This document shows, piece after piece, positions 42,437 through 52,763 of a DNA stretch of 64,000 bases. Origin of the DNA: a virus (taxonomy: Duplodnaviria > Heunggongvirae > Uroviricota > Caudoviricetes); the IMG/VR virus record IMGVR_UViG_3300028591_000080, positions 95,745 to 159,744 of that record, one strand, 5' to 3'. Under the pieces are notes generated by a model. That model saw nothing but the letters and a program-made list of their open reading frames with translations. It made no database searches and had not been told where the DNA came from. The position numbers and the translations under genes are program-made. How positions within the stretch are numbered: the stretch's first letter is position 1; each line of letters opens with the position of its first letter.

Positions 42437-44662
42437 TTATTCAGCTTCCTTATTATCTAAGTGTAAAACTCTATCTTTAATTTCTTGTGTTCTACCTTTG
42501 TTCCAATAATGCTGGCCGATGTAACCACAAGTACGTCTAGCAACATTTAAGAAGTCCTTATCTCTATTTCCACACTGTGGACAATACCAATTCAAATCAT
42601 CGTCTAATAAGATTTCACCATCATATCCGCATTTTTGACAATAATCTGATTTAGTATTTAATTCAGCATACATAATATTATTATAAATAAATTTAATAAC
42701 TTCAAGTACTGCTTCGATATTATTTTGTAGATTTGGTGTTTCAATATAACTAATTGCACCACCTGGAGATAATGCTTGGAATTCAGATTCTAGTGCAAGT
42801 TTATCAAATGCATCAATATTTTCAAATACAGGAACGTGATAACTATTGGTAATGTAGTTTCTATCGTGACCATCTAATTTCTCGAATACGTCAGCTCCAA
42901 ATCTAGCCTTTAAACATTTAGCAAATTTATAAGTTGTTGATTCAAGTGGTGTTCCATAAATTGAATAATCGATATCTTCTTCAGCTTTCCACTTATTACA
43001 AGCATCATTCATATGTTGCATTACTTGTAAACCAAATGCTTTACCACCATTATTATCTGTATGAGAATGACCTGTCATATATTTAACACATTCATATAAT
43101 CCAGCATAGCCTAATGAAATAGTTGAATAACCGTGATATAATAATTCATCTATCTTTTCATGTTTATCTAATCTAGCTAACGCTCCATATTGCCATAAGA
43201 TTGGAGCCATATCGGATAATTTTCCTTTTAATCTTTCATGTCTACATCTTAATGCTCTATGACATAGTTCAAGTCTTTCATCAAAGATTTTCCAGAATGC
43301 ATCCATATTTCCTTTACTAGAGAATGCAACATCTGGTAATGAGATAGTTACAACACCTTGATTAAATCTTCCAGAATATTTATGTTTACCTTCAACATAA
43401 TTCTTTGCTTTAGCAATATTACCATACTTCTCACTAAATCTATCTGGAGTTAAAGCTGAACGACAACCCATTACTGAATAACAGTCACCTTTCTTTAATT
43501 CCTTCATCTTCTTTTCTGAAATATAATCTGGAACTAAACGTTTTGCTGTACATTTTGCTGCAAGTTTTGTTAAATAATAATATTCAGAATCTTCATTAAT
43601 ATTATCTTCTTCTAAGACATAAATTAATTTAGGGAATGCTTGAGTGATATATACACCTTCCTCGTTCTTCATCCCAATAATTCTTTGCTTTAAAAATTCT
43701 TCAATTAATAATGCATGGTCATGTTTTAATTCAGGTCTTTGATTTAAATACATAAATACAGTAATAAATGGAGCTTGTCCATTAGTTGTAGACATTGAAT
43801 TAATTTGATAATTAAATGTTTGTACAGAAGCTTCAATTTCTCTCTTTAAATCATCTTCAGCATATTTATAAGCTTTTTTAATAAAATATTTTTTAAAGAA
43901 ATGACGCTTAAACCAATTTCTTCTATTTAAATGTATTTCAATGTATTTCTTTCTACTTGAGTCTACAAATGGTACTAGATCTCCTAAATCAATAGAACAT
44001 CCACCATATTGTGAACTTGCGACTGCTGTAATAATTTGTGTTGCAATTGTTGTTGCTTTACTTAACCAATGTGGTTTATCGATTTTAAATCCATTTACAA
44101 CAGTACCATTTTGAAGCATATCATCAAGATTAATTAGATCACAATTATGTAATGCATTTTGTCCAAAATAATCTGCATCGTGGAAGTGAATGATACCATC
44201 TTGATGAGCTTTTACGATATCTTTAGGCAACAAAAGACGGTTAGTGAGGTCAGTGGAAACAATTCCAGCCATATAATCACGTTGAACAGTTACAATCTTA
44301 GCATCTTTATTACTATTTTCTTCATTCCAATACTCAGATGTTCCACCCAATAGATCAAAAATAGCATCATCAGTAGTATTAGCTTCTCTTCTTAATTTAT
44401 GAATATATCTATATTGAATATAAGAAGATACAATTTCTGGCTTATTTAATTCTACAAGTTTATTAACAATAATATCTTGAATGGCTTCTACACCTAAACA
44501 CTTTTTATCGATATTCTTAATAAATTCAGCAATACTAGTTATTTCTTCCTCAGTTAATCTATGTGCTTTCTTAGTTTCAGCATTAGCTTTTCTAAGTGCA
44601 ATTTTGATTTTATCTTCATCAAATGGCACTTGCTTCCTGTCTCGTTTAATAACTTTTTCCAT
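42437..44662 (-). CDS. nrdD: Class III anaerobic ribonucleotide reductase
   Basis: ATP cone, MGCRS, GRFNQG, TNSYHV, CxxC..CxxC zinc site, RRTCGYIG glycyl radical motif. Confidence 0.97.
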   Translation of the reverse strand: MEKVIKRDRKQVPFDEDKIKIALRKANAETKKAHRLTEEEITSIAEFIKNIDKKCLGVEAIQDIIVNKLVELNKPEIVSSYIQYRYIHKLRREANTTDDAIFDLLGGTSEYWNEENSNKDAKIVTVQRDYMAGIVSTDLTNRLLLPKDIVKAHQDGIIHFHDADYFGQNALHNCDLINLDDMLQNGTVVNGFKIDKPHWLSKATTIATQIITAVASSQYGGCSIDLGDLVPFVDSSRKKYIEIHLNRRNWFKRHFFKKYFIKKAYKYAEDDLKREIEASVQTFNYQINSMSTTNGQAPFITVFMYLNQRPELKHDHALLIEEFLKQRIIGMKNEEGVYITQAFPKLIYVLEEDNINEDSEYYYLTKLAAKCTAKRLVPDYISEKKMKELKKGDCYSVMGCRSALTPDRFSEKYGNIAKAKNYVEGKHKYSGRFNQGVVTISLPDVAFSSKGNMDAFWKIFDERLELCHRALRCRHERLKGKLSDMAPILWQYGALARLDKHEKIDELLYHGYSTISLGYAGLYECVKYMTGHSHTDNNGGKAFGLQVMQHMNDACNKWKAEEDIDYSIYGTPLESTTYKFAKCLKARFGADVFEKLDGHDRNYITNSYHVPVFENIDAFDKLALESEFQALSPGGAISYIETPNLQNNIEAVLEVIKFIYNNIMYAELNTKSDYCQKCGYDGEILLDDDLNWYCPQCGNRDKDFLNVARRTCGYIGQHYWNKGRTQEIKDRVLHLDNKEAE

Positions 44663-44849
44663 ATATTAAGTTATCCTTTCTTTTAAAATTTTTTGTTGAT
44701 ATATTTATACCTTAGGTAATTAATTTAGCATTAGAAAACCCTTGAAAATATTTACATATTAACTCTATTTAATATACAAAAATTTCTGGTAAGGAAATAA
44801 AAAACTAAGTACGAAACTTAGTTTTTATAATTAAAATTTAAAGTTAATT

Positions 44850-45521
44850 TTATTCAGCTTTACTTGGATCAAATGTAAATGATCTTCTAATTAATAATCC
44901 TTGATATGGATCATTGAAAACTTCTCTAACTCTTTCTTCATCTTCTCCATATACACCTTCAGATATTTGATCCCAAATACTTGGAAAATCTCCATATCCA
45001 TAAATATCAATACTTTCTAATACATCATTTAGTCTAGCATATTCTTCAACAGAACATAAACCACCATATGGCCAAACAGAAAGTAAATTATTAATGCGAA
45101 CATATCCTTCTGAATTAGTATCTCCAGATTCATATTCATCTAAATAGTCTTCCCAAGCTTCAACCTCGTCACCTTCGTCAACTAACTCTCTAATTACATT
45201 TAATAATTCTTCTTTATTAGTTATAACTACTGGTTCTCCATCAGCATAAATGTGTAAAGATGTAATGTTAATACCGATATTTTGTTCTATTTCTTTAAAA
45301 TAAGGTGAAAAATCATCTAATTCTCCATCCATCATACCATCTAATTGAGAACAAATATACTTTATTTCTTCATCCGTAAGTTGTCTATATTCAGATATAT
45401 TTAAACTTTCGTTTAATTTTCTTTTATAATAAAATGATTCTCTTACTTTTCTTTTTTGAGATAGATCATCAGTCCACAAATTATCCCAATCTATACTGAA
45501 TTGATTTCTATTCTTATTCAT
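44850..45521 (-). CDS. Acidic hypothetical protein under a TGCTAAATT promoter
   Basis: 223 aa; own promoter motif and terminator. Confidence 0.75.
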   Translation of the reverse strand: MNKNRNQFSIDWDNLWTDDLSQKRKVRESFYYKRKLNESLNISEYRQLTDEEIKYICSQLDGMMDGELDDFSPYFKEIEQNIGINITSLHIYADGEPVVITNKEELLNVIRELVDEGDEVEAWEDYLDEYESGDTNSEGYVRINNLLSVWPYGGLCSVEEYARLNDVLESIDIYGYGDFPSIWDQISEGVYGEDEERVREVFNDPYQGLLIRRSFTFDPSKAE

Positions 45522-45578
45522 TTAGATCTCCTAAAAATAATTTAACATGATTTACATAATTTAGCAAAAAATTTAATC

Positions 45579-46271
45579 TTAAATAAGTGCTTGTTTTGCT
45601 CTTTGAACTAATTCAATTATATCAACTTCGCTTATTTTTGTTTGTGCTTGGACAGATTTATATTGACATTTAAATAATGATAAGAATTCTGGTAACCAAC
45701 CTCTAAGATACCAAGTTAGATTATCAGTTTCTAAGTTTGAAATATTCTTACAAGCTTCTCTCAATTGGTTGATTTTTTGTTCTGAAATTTTATTTGTAAT
45801 ATCTTCTATTATAAATCTTGTATCTAGAGTACCTTCATATTGATGATCTGAATTTCTTATTGCACCACAATTTATTAAGATTCCATTAAAACATATTCCG
45901 AAAGAACTATAAATAGTAAAATTTTCATTATGAATTTTATTTAATGAACTCATTGCAATAATAACCCATAAACATAAAGCATAAGTATATAATGTAATAA
46001 AGTTTGCATCAGCTTCAGTTATTGTTAGAAGACTTTGACTTTGGCTATTTTCTGGAATTAATTCTAATAATTTGTCCTTAAAGTCATGGCTGACAAGCAT
46101 AGTTGTACTTATACTACGAAGAAGTGTACTTCCATCTTTTGTAGCATTCGAACCAGCGAAAACTGGACATTTATAAAAATATCGATTTGCAATAAAAGCT
46201 AATGATTTATTTTTTAAAAGTAATTCTACATAATCAGAAGAGCTTAGATGTAGAAGTGGTTCTTTTGCCAT
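45579..46271 (-). CDS. Hypothetical protein
   Basis: 230 aa; GGAG SD; TGCTAAATT variant (AGCTAAATT) at 46296-46304. Confidence 0.7.
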   Translation of the reverse strand: MAKEPLLHLSSSDYVELLLKNKSLAFIANRYFYKCPVFAGSNATKDGSTLLRSISTTMLVSHDFKDKLLELIPENSQSQSLLTITEADANFITLYTYALCLWVIIAMSSLNKIHNENFTIYSSFGICFNGILINCGAIRNSDHQYEGTLDTRFIIEDITNKISEQKINQLREACKNISNLETDNLTWYLRGWLPEFLSLFKCQYKSVQAQTKISEVDIIELVQRAKQALI

Positions 46272-46302
46272 ATTAATCTCCTAAACTCAGTATATAATTT
46301 AG

Positions 46303-46560
46303 CTATTGTTTCATTAGGTTTTTAAGTATTTCAAAATAAACTTTTGTAATTTTTGGATAACAATATGAATCTTTTAAATCACAATCTTCTAATTTAATTC
46401 TTCTATCTAATAAATATCTTGAGACTACTTCTGCTTCTTCTTTTGTCATTGAGACATTAATAATGTCTTTATTGCCTAAGTATTCAAAATCCACATTAAT
46501 CACTTTCCTTTTCATTAGATTTTGATTCAATTTTATCTTTAATAAAGTTATCAAAATCAT
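46303..46560 (-). CDS. Hypothetical protein
   Basis: Small ORF; true start probably internal. Confidence 0.5.
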   Translation of the reverse strand: MILITLLKIKLNQNLMKRKVINVDFEYLGNKDIINVSMTKEEAEVVSRYLLDRRIKLEDCDLKDSYCYPKITKVYFEILKNLMKQ

Positions 46561-46804
46561 AAGGTTTAATTAATTCAATTATCTTATTATAAACTAAATC
46601 TCTAGTTTCTTCAGTATCAAATTGTAACATTGATGGATCTTCACTCGGTCTATAAATCATAATTAAATAAAAACATTTATTAACTTCGTCTTCAGAACAA
46701 TCTCCATTTTCTAAATCTTCATCTGTATAAGTATATTCACTTGTTGACATTCCAATAATATTTTCTAAAGTAAAAATCTTATTATTAAACTTAAAATATT
46801 TCAT
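46496..46804 (-). CDS. Hypothetical protein
   Basis: TAATG-coupled; resembles 48781-49167 and 49525-49773 (F.T.E.RD pattern). Confidence 0.65.
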   Translation of the reverse strand: MKYFKFNNKIFTLENIIGMSTSEYTYTDEDLENGDCSEDEVNKCFYLIMIYRPSEDPSMLQFDTEETRDLVYNKIIELIKPYDFDNFIKDKIESKSNEKESD

Positions 46805-47235
46805 TATTTGTCCTCCAAGTCTGGATCCTCTAATCCGAATTCTTTTCTTAATCTTTCATTTTCTTCTTTATTAATCCAACGACCATAGTCTGTCTTTATC
46901 CAACCTGGATTTTCTTTAAGCCATTCTTCAACTCTTTCTTTGCCTTCTTCCATAGATTCAACCCATTCAAAATGGTTATCTGGAAATTCATATTCAAACA
47001 TAATATGCTCATCAGCACCGACTGGTTTGAAGTGATCTTCATATTCTTTATCATTATAATCATTTTGAATCCACTCTACAGTAATGGTATCTTCATAACC
47101 AGCAGGTTTTATAAGAATTTCAACAAAAGAATCTCCACTTGTTCTATTATATTCTAACAGAAAATTAATTAATTTAATATGCAAGCCTTTCTTTTGCTCT
47201 TCTAAATTAAATCTCATATAACTAGGTTCAATCAT
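46804..47235 (-). CDS. Hypothetical protein
   Basis: 143 aa with SD. Confidence 0.7.
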   Translation of the reverse strand: MIEPSYMRFNLEEQKKGLHIKLINFLLEYNRTSGDSFVEILIKPAGYEDTITVEWIQNDYNDKEYEDHFKPVGADEHIMFEYEFPDNHFEWVESMEEGKERVEEWLKENPGWIKTDYGRWINKEENERLRKEFGLEDPDLEDK

Positions 47236-47245
47236 ACTAATTCTC

Positions 47246-47824
47246 CTACATTAAATCTTCTTTATTATCTGATGTTGCAATAATAGTATCACAATACTCT
47301 CTTGCTACTCCATACTTATCTTGCTCTGTCCACACAGCGTAGACAGTATCTAGACCATGCTCAGAGTGTGTTCCAAATCTTATTTTAACCATGTCTAATA
47401 AATCAATAATAGCATTAAGTTTTTCAGTCTTAATATATCTATGAAGTTGCTTTATGTTTATATCGTATTTAGGACTAAAATAAGTACTAACTGGGACTTC
47501 TTCATAAGACTCATCTAATGCAATAGTTAAATTTACAGGTAAAACTCTTATATTATCTAATCTAACATCTTCACCATATCCACGTCCAGATAGATAACCA
47601 TTAATAGCTGCTTTCCATCCTCTATAATATTTGATATGTTTATTTAGATTAGCAAGTTCCTCTACAGGAATCCACCAACCTTTATCCCAAATATTCTTTA
47701 AATCTTTATCAAAAATAACCCATTTAGTTTGTTTTAGATTTAACATACTCTCACCTCTATATATAAGTATACAAAGAAAAAGAATCTGAATAACCAGATC
47801 CTTTAATATTTTATAATTCATCAC
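47246..47824 (-). CDS. Hypothetical protein
   Basis: Probable start MLNLK after GAGG. Confidence 0.6.
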   Translation of the reverse strand: MMNYKILKDLVIQILFLCILIYRGESMLNLKQTKWVIFDKDLKNIWDKGWWIPVEELANLNKHIKYYRGWKAAINGYLSGRGYGEDVRLDNIRVLPVNLTIALDESYEEVPVSTYFSPKYDINIKQLHRYIKTEKLNAIIDLLDMVKIRFGTHSEHGLDTVYAVWTEQDKYGVAREYCDTIIATSDNKEDLM

Positions 47825-48167
47825 AAAGATGTCCGTACTTACAAAACCAATTAGCGACTATATGTCTATGACAGAAATCTTCAGGCTTTTCATAACATAA
47901 TAAAACTTTACCATCAAGTTGTTTAGCTAGCTCATGTACTTGTGGAACTAATGGTTCTAAAGTTTCTTTAACATAAGCGTCATAATATTGTAATTGATAA
48001 CCAGGATCGTTTTGAGCTTTCTTGTCTAATGTCTTCCACCACCTTAATAAATCTTTAGACGGAGCAAAGCATAACATAGATTCACCAGTAAACCAACTAG
48101 GAGTCCATCTTGCGATAGATATTCCTTTATCACCTTTATATTTTCCAAAATAAGAAGTATAAATCAT
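47811..48167 (-). CDS. DUF488-like protein
   Basis: IYTSYF, ISIAR, LAPS-like FAPS, LLCYEKP..FCHR.IVA. Confidence 0.8.
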   Translation of the reverse strand: MIYTSYFGKYKGDKGISIARWTPSWFTGESMLCFAPSKDLLRWWKTLDKKAQNDPGYQLQYYDAYVKETLEPLVPQVHELAKQLDGKVLLCYEKPEDFCHRHIVANWFCKYGHLCDEL

Positions 48168-48168
48168 T

Positions 48169-48438
48169 TTAGTCTCCTTGTTTTAAATAAATATATTTAG
48201 CATAAAGCTCTTCATGCTCATTTGCTGAATTTACCTTTTTTATCAATTCAGCTTCTTCCACTGTATTTAATTCCTTAAAATTACAATAAACTAAAACTTC
48301 CCAACCTTTATTATATTTATCTAAGAGTATTTTATCTGCGGCTCTTTTACTTCTTGCTTTAACAATAATTTTCAAATGACCATATTCTTTATTTAAGCCT
48401 TCATAAAAATGATATCCATTATACATATTATTTCTCAC
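48169..48438 (-). CDS. Hypothetical protein
   Basis: 89 aa in operon. Confidence 0.55.
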   Translation of the reverse strand: MRNNMYNGYHFYEGLNKEYGHLKIIVKARSKRAADKILLDKYNKGWEVLVYCNFKELNTVEEAELIKKVNSANEHEELYAKYIYLKQGD

Positions 48439-48447
48439 TACCTTAAT

Positions 48448-48771
48448 TTATTTAAAACTTCTATTAAATTCAATCCAGTTCGGATCTTCGTCACCTTTAT
48501 CTTTAATCTTTTTAAAATTCTTTCCTATAACTTTATAACAATTATGTCTATTATAAATAGGTCCTAAATCTGCAAACCAGTCTTCTAAATCATCATAATG
48601 ATATGTATGTACAATAGTACCAGAATTAGTTACATAATATTCATCTCCATAGTCAGTACTACCATCTACGCAACTACATACACCAGCATACTCTGCAACT
48701 GTATTAAGATTATCTAAATCTATAGTCTTCTTACCATTAGACCAAACACCTGTATAACATCTATCTTTCAT
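48448..48771 (-). CDS. Hypothetical protein
   Basis: 107 aa in operon. Confidence 0.6.
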   Translation of the reverse strand: MKDRCYTGVWSNGKKTIDLDNLNTVAEYAGVCSCVDGSTDYGDEYYVTNSGTIVHTYHYDDLEDWFADLGPIYNRHNCYKVIGKNFKKIKDKGDEDPNWIEFNRSFK

Positions 48772-48780
48772 TAATTACAC

Positions 48781-49167
48781 CTACTTATTAAATAAACTTT
48801 GAACTGCTGGAATAGAGTATGCATCAGCTCTTGAATCTTCTTTTGGTAATGAAGCTGAACCAAGAACAGTATCGGTTGGAGAAATACATCCTACAGAATA
48901 ATCATGTTGAATTTTAATAGTAGGCACAAATGCTAGAATTTCATCAATGCATTTATCACGAGCTTCTTTAGTTTTAAAACTAGAAGTAAAGCAACCCTTA
49001 CCACTAAAATTAAATTCTAATTTATACTTCTTTCCATCTCTAGCGCTATCGTCTTCATAAGGTGAAAAATATTCTAATTGCATTAAGTTAACAACCCAGC
49101 CATCGCCAAAATCATATAAAAATCCCATATTATATATCACTCCTAAATGTTTTGTTATCAAACTCAA
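48781..49167 (-). CDS. Hypothetical protein
   Basis: Probable start MGFLY; paralog-like to 49525-49773. Confidence 0.6.
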   Translation of the reverse strand: MSLITKHLGVIYNMGFLYDFGDGWVVNLMQLEYFSPYEDDSARDGKKYKLEFNFSGKGCFTSSFKTKEARDKCIDEILAFVPTIKIQHDYSVGCISPTDTVLGSASLPKEDSRADAYSIPAVQSLFNK

Positions 49168-49537
49168 AAGTTATATTGTACATTACATCCTTTTGCTTTT
49201 TCTTAGTAGCGGTTTTCCAATCCATTTCAATGCTAGATGGCCAGCATCCTTGATAAACCTGATTACCTATAATAATATCAGCCTTATATTCACGTGGAGA
49301 AGCATGTTCTTTTACACCTGAAGGGTCCCAAATATCAGTCATAAGCTTGGTAATCTCTTGAGCAGCTATACCATCAGTTTTTGCATAAATAGTTCCACCT
49401 TGTAAATGTAAGCTTACAAAAGCCATATCAAAATCAAATTCTGGTTGTAGTGTTTCATTTAAATAAGTTATATTAATTCCGTTATATTTACTAGGAATAT
49501 TTTGATCTTCATTATATAATAACATTAAAAATCCCAA
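49130..49537 (-). CDS. Hypothetical protein
   Basis: Small ORF in operon. Confidence 0.6.
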   Translation of the reverse strand: MGFLMLLYNEDQNIPSKYNGINITYLNETLQPEFDFDMAFVSLHLQGGTIYAKTDGIAAQEITKLMTDIWDPSGVKEHASPREYKADIIIGNQVYQGCWPSSIEMDWKTATKKKQKDVMYNITFEFDNKTFRSDI

Positions 49538-49773
49538 TGCCTTTCTGCAGAAGTTTTAACTGTATTTGTTAGGTGGACACTTTTATTAGCATTATAAATT
49601 TTACTATAAGCTTCATCTCTTTCTTTCTTAGTTGAAAAATAAAAATTATTATAACCTCTAATAAAATGTAATTGAAGCCCATATTGACCATCTGTTCTAT
49701 CTTCTAAATAAAACTTTTCAGCATATTGGATAAGCTCTGGATTAATTAAAAGTCCTTCTCTAATTTCTAACAT
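49525..49773 (-). CDS. Hypothetical protein
   Basis: 82 aa in operon. Confidence 0.6.
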   Translation of the reverse strand: MLEIREGLLINPELIQYAEKFYLEDRTDGQYGLQLHFIRGYNNFYFSTKKERDEAYSKIYNANKSVHLTNTVKTSAERHWDF

Positions 49774-49774
49774 A

Positions 49775-50008
49775 TTATTTTGTCTCCGTTACATTCATTT
49801 CATAATTAGCCAAGACTCTGTCTGGAGTATCAGCTATCTGAGCTAACACTAAAGACTTAGCTTCATCTTCATTTTCAGCAAACACATAAAAACCTTTAAT
49901 TGGTTTATTATTATCAATAAATAAAACTGAATAAATTTTGTTCATATTATGCATTATCCTCCATTGATTGAAAATATCCAAAGAATGTACCATAAATAAA
50001 TTGGTCAT
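49775..50008 (-). CDS. Hypothetical protein
   Basis: True start probably internal (MHNMN). Confidence 0.5.
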   Translation of the reverse strand: MTNLFMVHSLDIFNQWRIMHNMNKIYSVLFIDNNKPIKGFYVFAENEDEAKSLVLAQIADTPDRVLANYEMNVTETK

Positions 50009-50270
50009 TATCTAAGTCAAATTCATCTTCATTAAATAAAGATATATCAATTGATTTCCAAGTTTCTTCTCTGTCAGTATCACCAAAACGACCTTTAATG
50101 TAAATGATATCAATTCTAGTTTCTAATGAATCTGAATCAGAGTCGACAAACTCTATATCAAAATCTATATTATTTAACTCAAATTTCCACTTATTACCAA
50201 AAGTATGCTGTAAACAATAATTAGCTATATGCTCTACTTTAGTTTTAAACTCTGTCATTTCTTTAATCAT
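49947..50270 (-). CDS. Hypothetical protein
   Basis: 107 aa; GAGGTG SD. Confidence 0.65.
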   Translation of the reverse strand: MIKEMTEFKTKVEHIANYCLQHTFGNKWKFELNNIDFDIEFVDSDSDSLETRIDIIYIKGRFGDTDREETWKSIDISLFNEDEFDLDNDQFIYGTFFGYFQSMEDNA

Positions 50271-50347
50271 AAAATCACCTCATGTATCAATTTAATATAC
50301 AATAAAAAAGAAGTCCATTTAATGACTTCATTTATCTTTATTTTAAA

Positions 50348-50968
50348 TTACCATTCCTTCCAAGCAGACTTACGAATAACAACAGTCTTCTTACAATTTA
50401 GTATATCACGAAGCTCATAAGGACTTAGTGCTAAGAATCTACCATAAGTTCCTCTACAACAATATACTCCGCCAATATCTTTAAAGTCAGTACAAATAAC
50501 AGTTCCATTCTTAGGAGCTCTATCTACTGTCCAAACACCATAGTGATTATCTCTATCGTCTTCATATAAAAACTCATTAAGTTCCATATGCTCATCAAAT
50601 ATATGTAAGTTCTTTATATGAATTGCATAGGCTTTATCATGAGTCATTTGATCTTCAATCTTTTCTCTGCTCATACAAGCAGCATCTTCAAGAGAGACAA
50701 CACTCATAGTATTAGTAGTTGGAAGATAATCATGTTGCCAATCTAAATCGCCGTATAATTCATAGAATATATCTTCTACCTCATAATCACATTCGGCAAC
50801 TATATTGCCGTTACAAACATCCTCAAGCATACTCTTATCTTCCCAACGAGTTTCATATCCATAATTAATATATTCTGAAGGTGATAAGGCACAATATTCT
50901 CTATGATATACTAAATAGGGTTTTGATTTATTACAATATAATAATAACTTATAAGTCACATTACTCAC
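50348..50968 (-). CDS. Conserved phage hypothetical protein
   Basis: K.LLYC.K.KP.L..NG.IVAEC..YA.HI.NL.IFD pattern. Confidence 0.7.
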   Translation of the reverse strand: MSNVTYKLLLYCNKSKPYLVYHREYCALSPSEYINYGYETRWEDKSMLEDVCNGNIVAECDYEVEDIFYELYGDLDWQHDYLPTTNTMSVVSLEDAACMSREKIEDQMTHDKAYAIHIKNLHIFDEHMELNEFLYEDDRDNHYGVWTVDRAPKNGTVICTDFKDIGGVYCCRGTYGRFLALSPYELRDILNCKKTVVIRKSAWKEW

Positions 50969-51343
50969 CTACTTTATTAATCTATAATAACCATGGCCAT
51001 TCTCATCCACAGTATGTTTAACAATTACTTTAGATCCTACTTCACCTGTAAACCTAGATTTAGTAAATATCATACCATAGATTTCTACCTTATCAAAATC
51101 ATATTTAATAGCATAGCTTTCAATAGCTAATAAGTCTTCACTAGCAAATTTATATTTACCATCTACATATAATACAAAGCAGTCGATTAACTCTTCAACA
51201 CCATTTTCTGTTTTAGCTATTACTTGCTCTTCTTTAATTACATCCGTCTCGCCGATATAATAACCTGTAACCTTTTTATTTTCTATAATAATATCATCAT
51301 GCTTATTTATTTCATATATATTTGAATTAGTTCTTATAAACAT
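50969..51343 (-). CDS. Hypothetical protein
   Basis: 124 aa with SD. Confidence 0.65.
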   Translation of the reverse strand: MFIRTNSNIYEINKHDDIIIENKKVTGYYIGETDVIKEEQVIAKTENGVEELIDCFVLYVDGKYKFASEDLLAIESYAIKYDFDKVEIYGMIFTKSRFTGEVGSKVIVKHTVDENGHGYYRLIK

Positions 51344-51363
51344 ATTATTCCTCTATCTCATTA

Positions 51364-51783
51364 TTACTTTACTTCTTGAATGCCTAGCTTCTTATATATA
51401 ACGTTTAATCTTGCTGTGTACATATCAAGAGTCTTTCCAATATAATTAGATACACGATTTATAAATTCATTATATGAATTAGCTTGAACATTATTATAAA
51501 CAAAATATCCATTTTCTCTTACGAAATATTTAAGTTCTTTTTTGGAAAAAATCTTATTAGCGAAATTAAATTGCTTAGATTCTAAAACTATCTTATACTC
51601 ATTTAATACTTCTAAATAAAACATTCCATAAGATTTATGGCGAGTTGAGTTATTAAATATTAAAAGTGTCTTACCACAGTTATTCATAAGTAAATCATTA
51701 ATAGCTTTTAAATCATCACAGCGTTTTTGGATCTTAAAAATTTCATCTTCTAATTTTTTATAATATAATAATTTAGTCTTCAT
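51364..51783 (-). CDS. Hypothetical protein
   Basis: 139 aa with SD. Confidence 0.6.
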   Translation of the reverse strand: MKTKLLYYKKLEDEIFKIQKRCDDLKAINDLLMNNCGKTLLIFNNSTRHKSYGMFYLEVLNEYKIVLESKQFNFANKIFSKKELKYFVRENGYFVYNNVQANSYNEFINRVSNYIGKTLDMYTARLNVIYKKLGIQEVK

Positions 51784-51948
51784 TATTTATCACTCTTATC
51801 CTCGTCTTTAGTTCCTATAAAAGTTTCAATTATAAATATTAATTTATCTTTTGTTTGATTTATATTAACATTATGTCCTAAATTCCAAGCAACGTGAGAT
51901 TGCAATTCTCTTTTAGGTAATTTTCTTAATTCTTCTTTTGTATACATA

Positions 51949-52152
51949 TTATTCACCATTACCTTCTTCTATTTTATCATACACAACAACTATAGAATAA
52001 TCCGAATAAGTATGAGTACTATATCCGCTACCAACTACATTTTCTATAGACTTCCAAAATATATTAGACAGTCTATAACCTCTTTCATTCCAGAATTGTA
52101 AACTTTGTTCTAAGTCATCTATAGTTCTATAAGTCTGGATCATTTGTTTCAT
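51949..52152 (-). CDS. Hypothetical protein
   Basis: 67 aa with SD. Confidence 0.55.
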   Translation of the reverse strand: MKQMIQTYRTIDDLEQSLQFWNERGYRLSNIFWKSIENVVGSGYSTHTYSDYSIVVVYDKIEEGNGE

Positions 52153-52334
52153 TATTAATTCACCTCTAAAACTTTAGTGCCTCTTCAATTTCATATCTTT
52201 CATCCCAAGTTATTTCATAAGTTTTACATAAGGCATCTAGATAACCTTTAATATAAGAGTCTACGTCAGACTGAAGAATATAGTCTTCAAGGTTTTCTTT
52301 AATTTCTTCTATAATTTCTTCTTTACTCATTTTC

Positions 52335-52577
52335 TTATACCTCGATTTCCTGATCTAAGACATCTTGATTTAAAACATTTAATACGTCTTGTTCAATCTT
52401 GCTATTAAGATATTTATTACTAAGTTTAAATTTAAATAAGTTAGAAATATGATCTTTATTAATTTTTAATGCATACTTCATAACATAATATCTTTCAGGA
52501 TATTTTTGTAAATGATCTAGGACTGCAACTTCGCGCTTCATTTCCTTAATAGTTAAATCTCGGATTTTCTTTTTCAC
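52335..52577 (-). CDS. Hypothetical protein
   Basis: GTG start coupled to the upstream TAG. Confidence 0.55.
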   Translation of the reverse strand: MKKKIRDLTIKEMKREVAVLDHLQKYPERYYVMKYALKINKDHISNLFKFKLSNKYLNSKIEQDVLNVLNQDVLDQEIEV

Positions 52578-52762
52578 TATTCAGTCACCTCACATTTAAT
52601 TATATGTTCTTTAATATCTTTAATAACAAACATAAAGTTAGTAATCCTATCTCCTACAAGTCTCTCAGCAATAGTCTGAGCTCGCATGGGTCTGACTGCA
52701 CAGAACCAATAACCTCTTACAATCTTACCATTCACTTTACCTTTAAACTTTACTTGCTTCAT
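52577..52762 (-). CDS. Hypothetical protein
   Basis: 61 aa. Confidence 0.5.
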   Translation of the reverse strand: MKQVKFKGKVNGKIVRGYWFCAVRPMRAQTIAERLVGDRITNFMFVIKDIKEHIIKCEVTE

Positions 52763-52763
52763 A

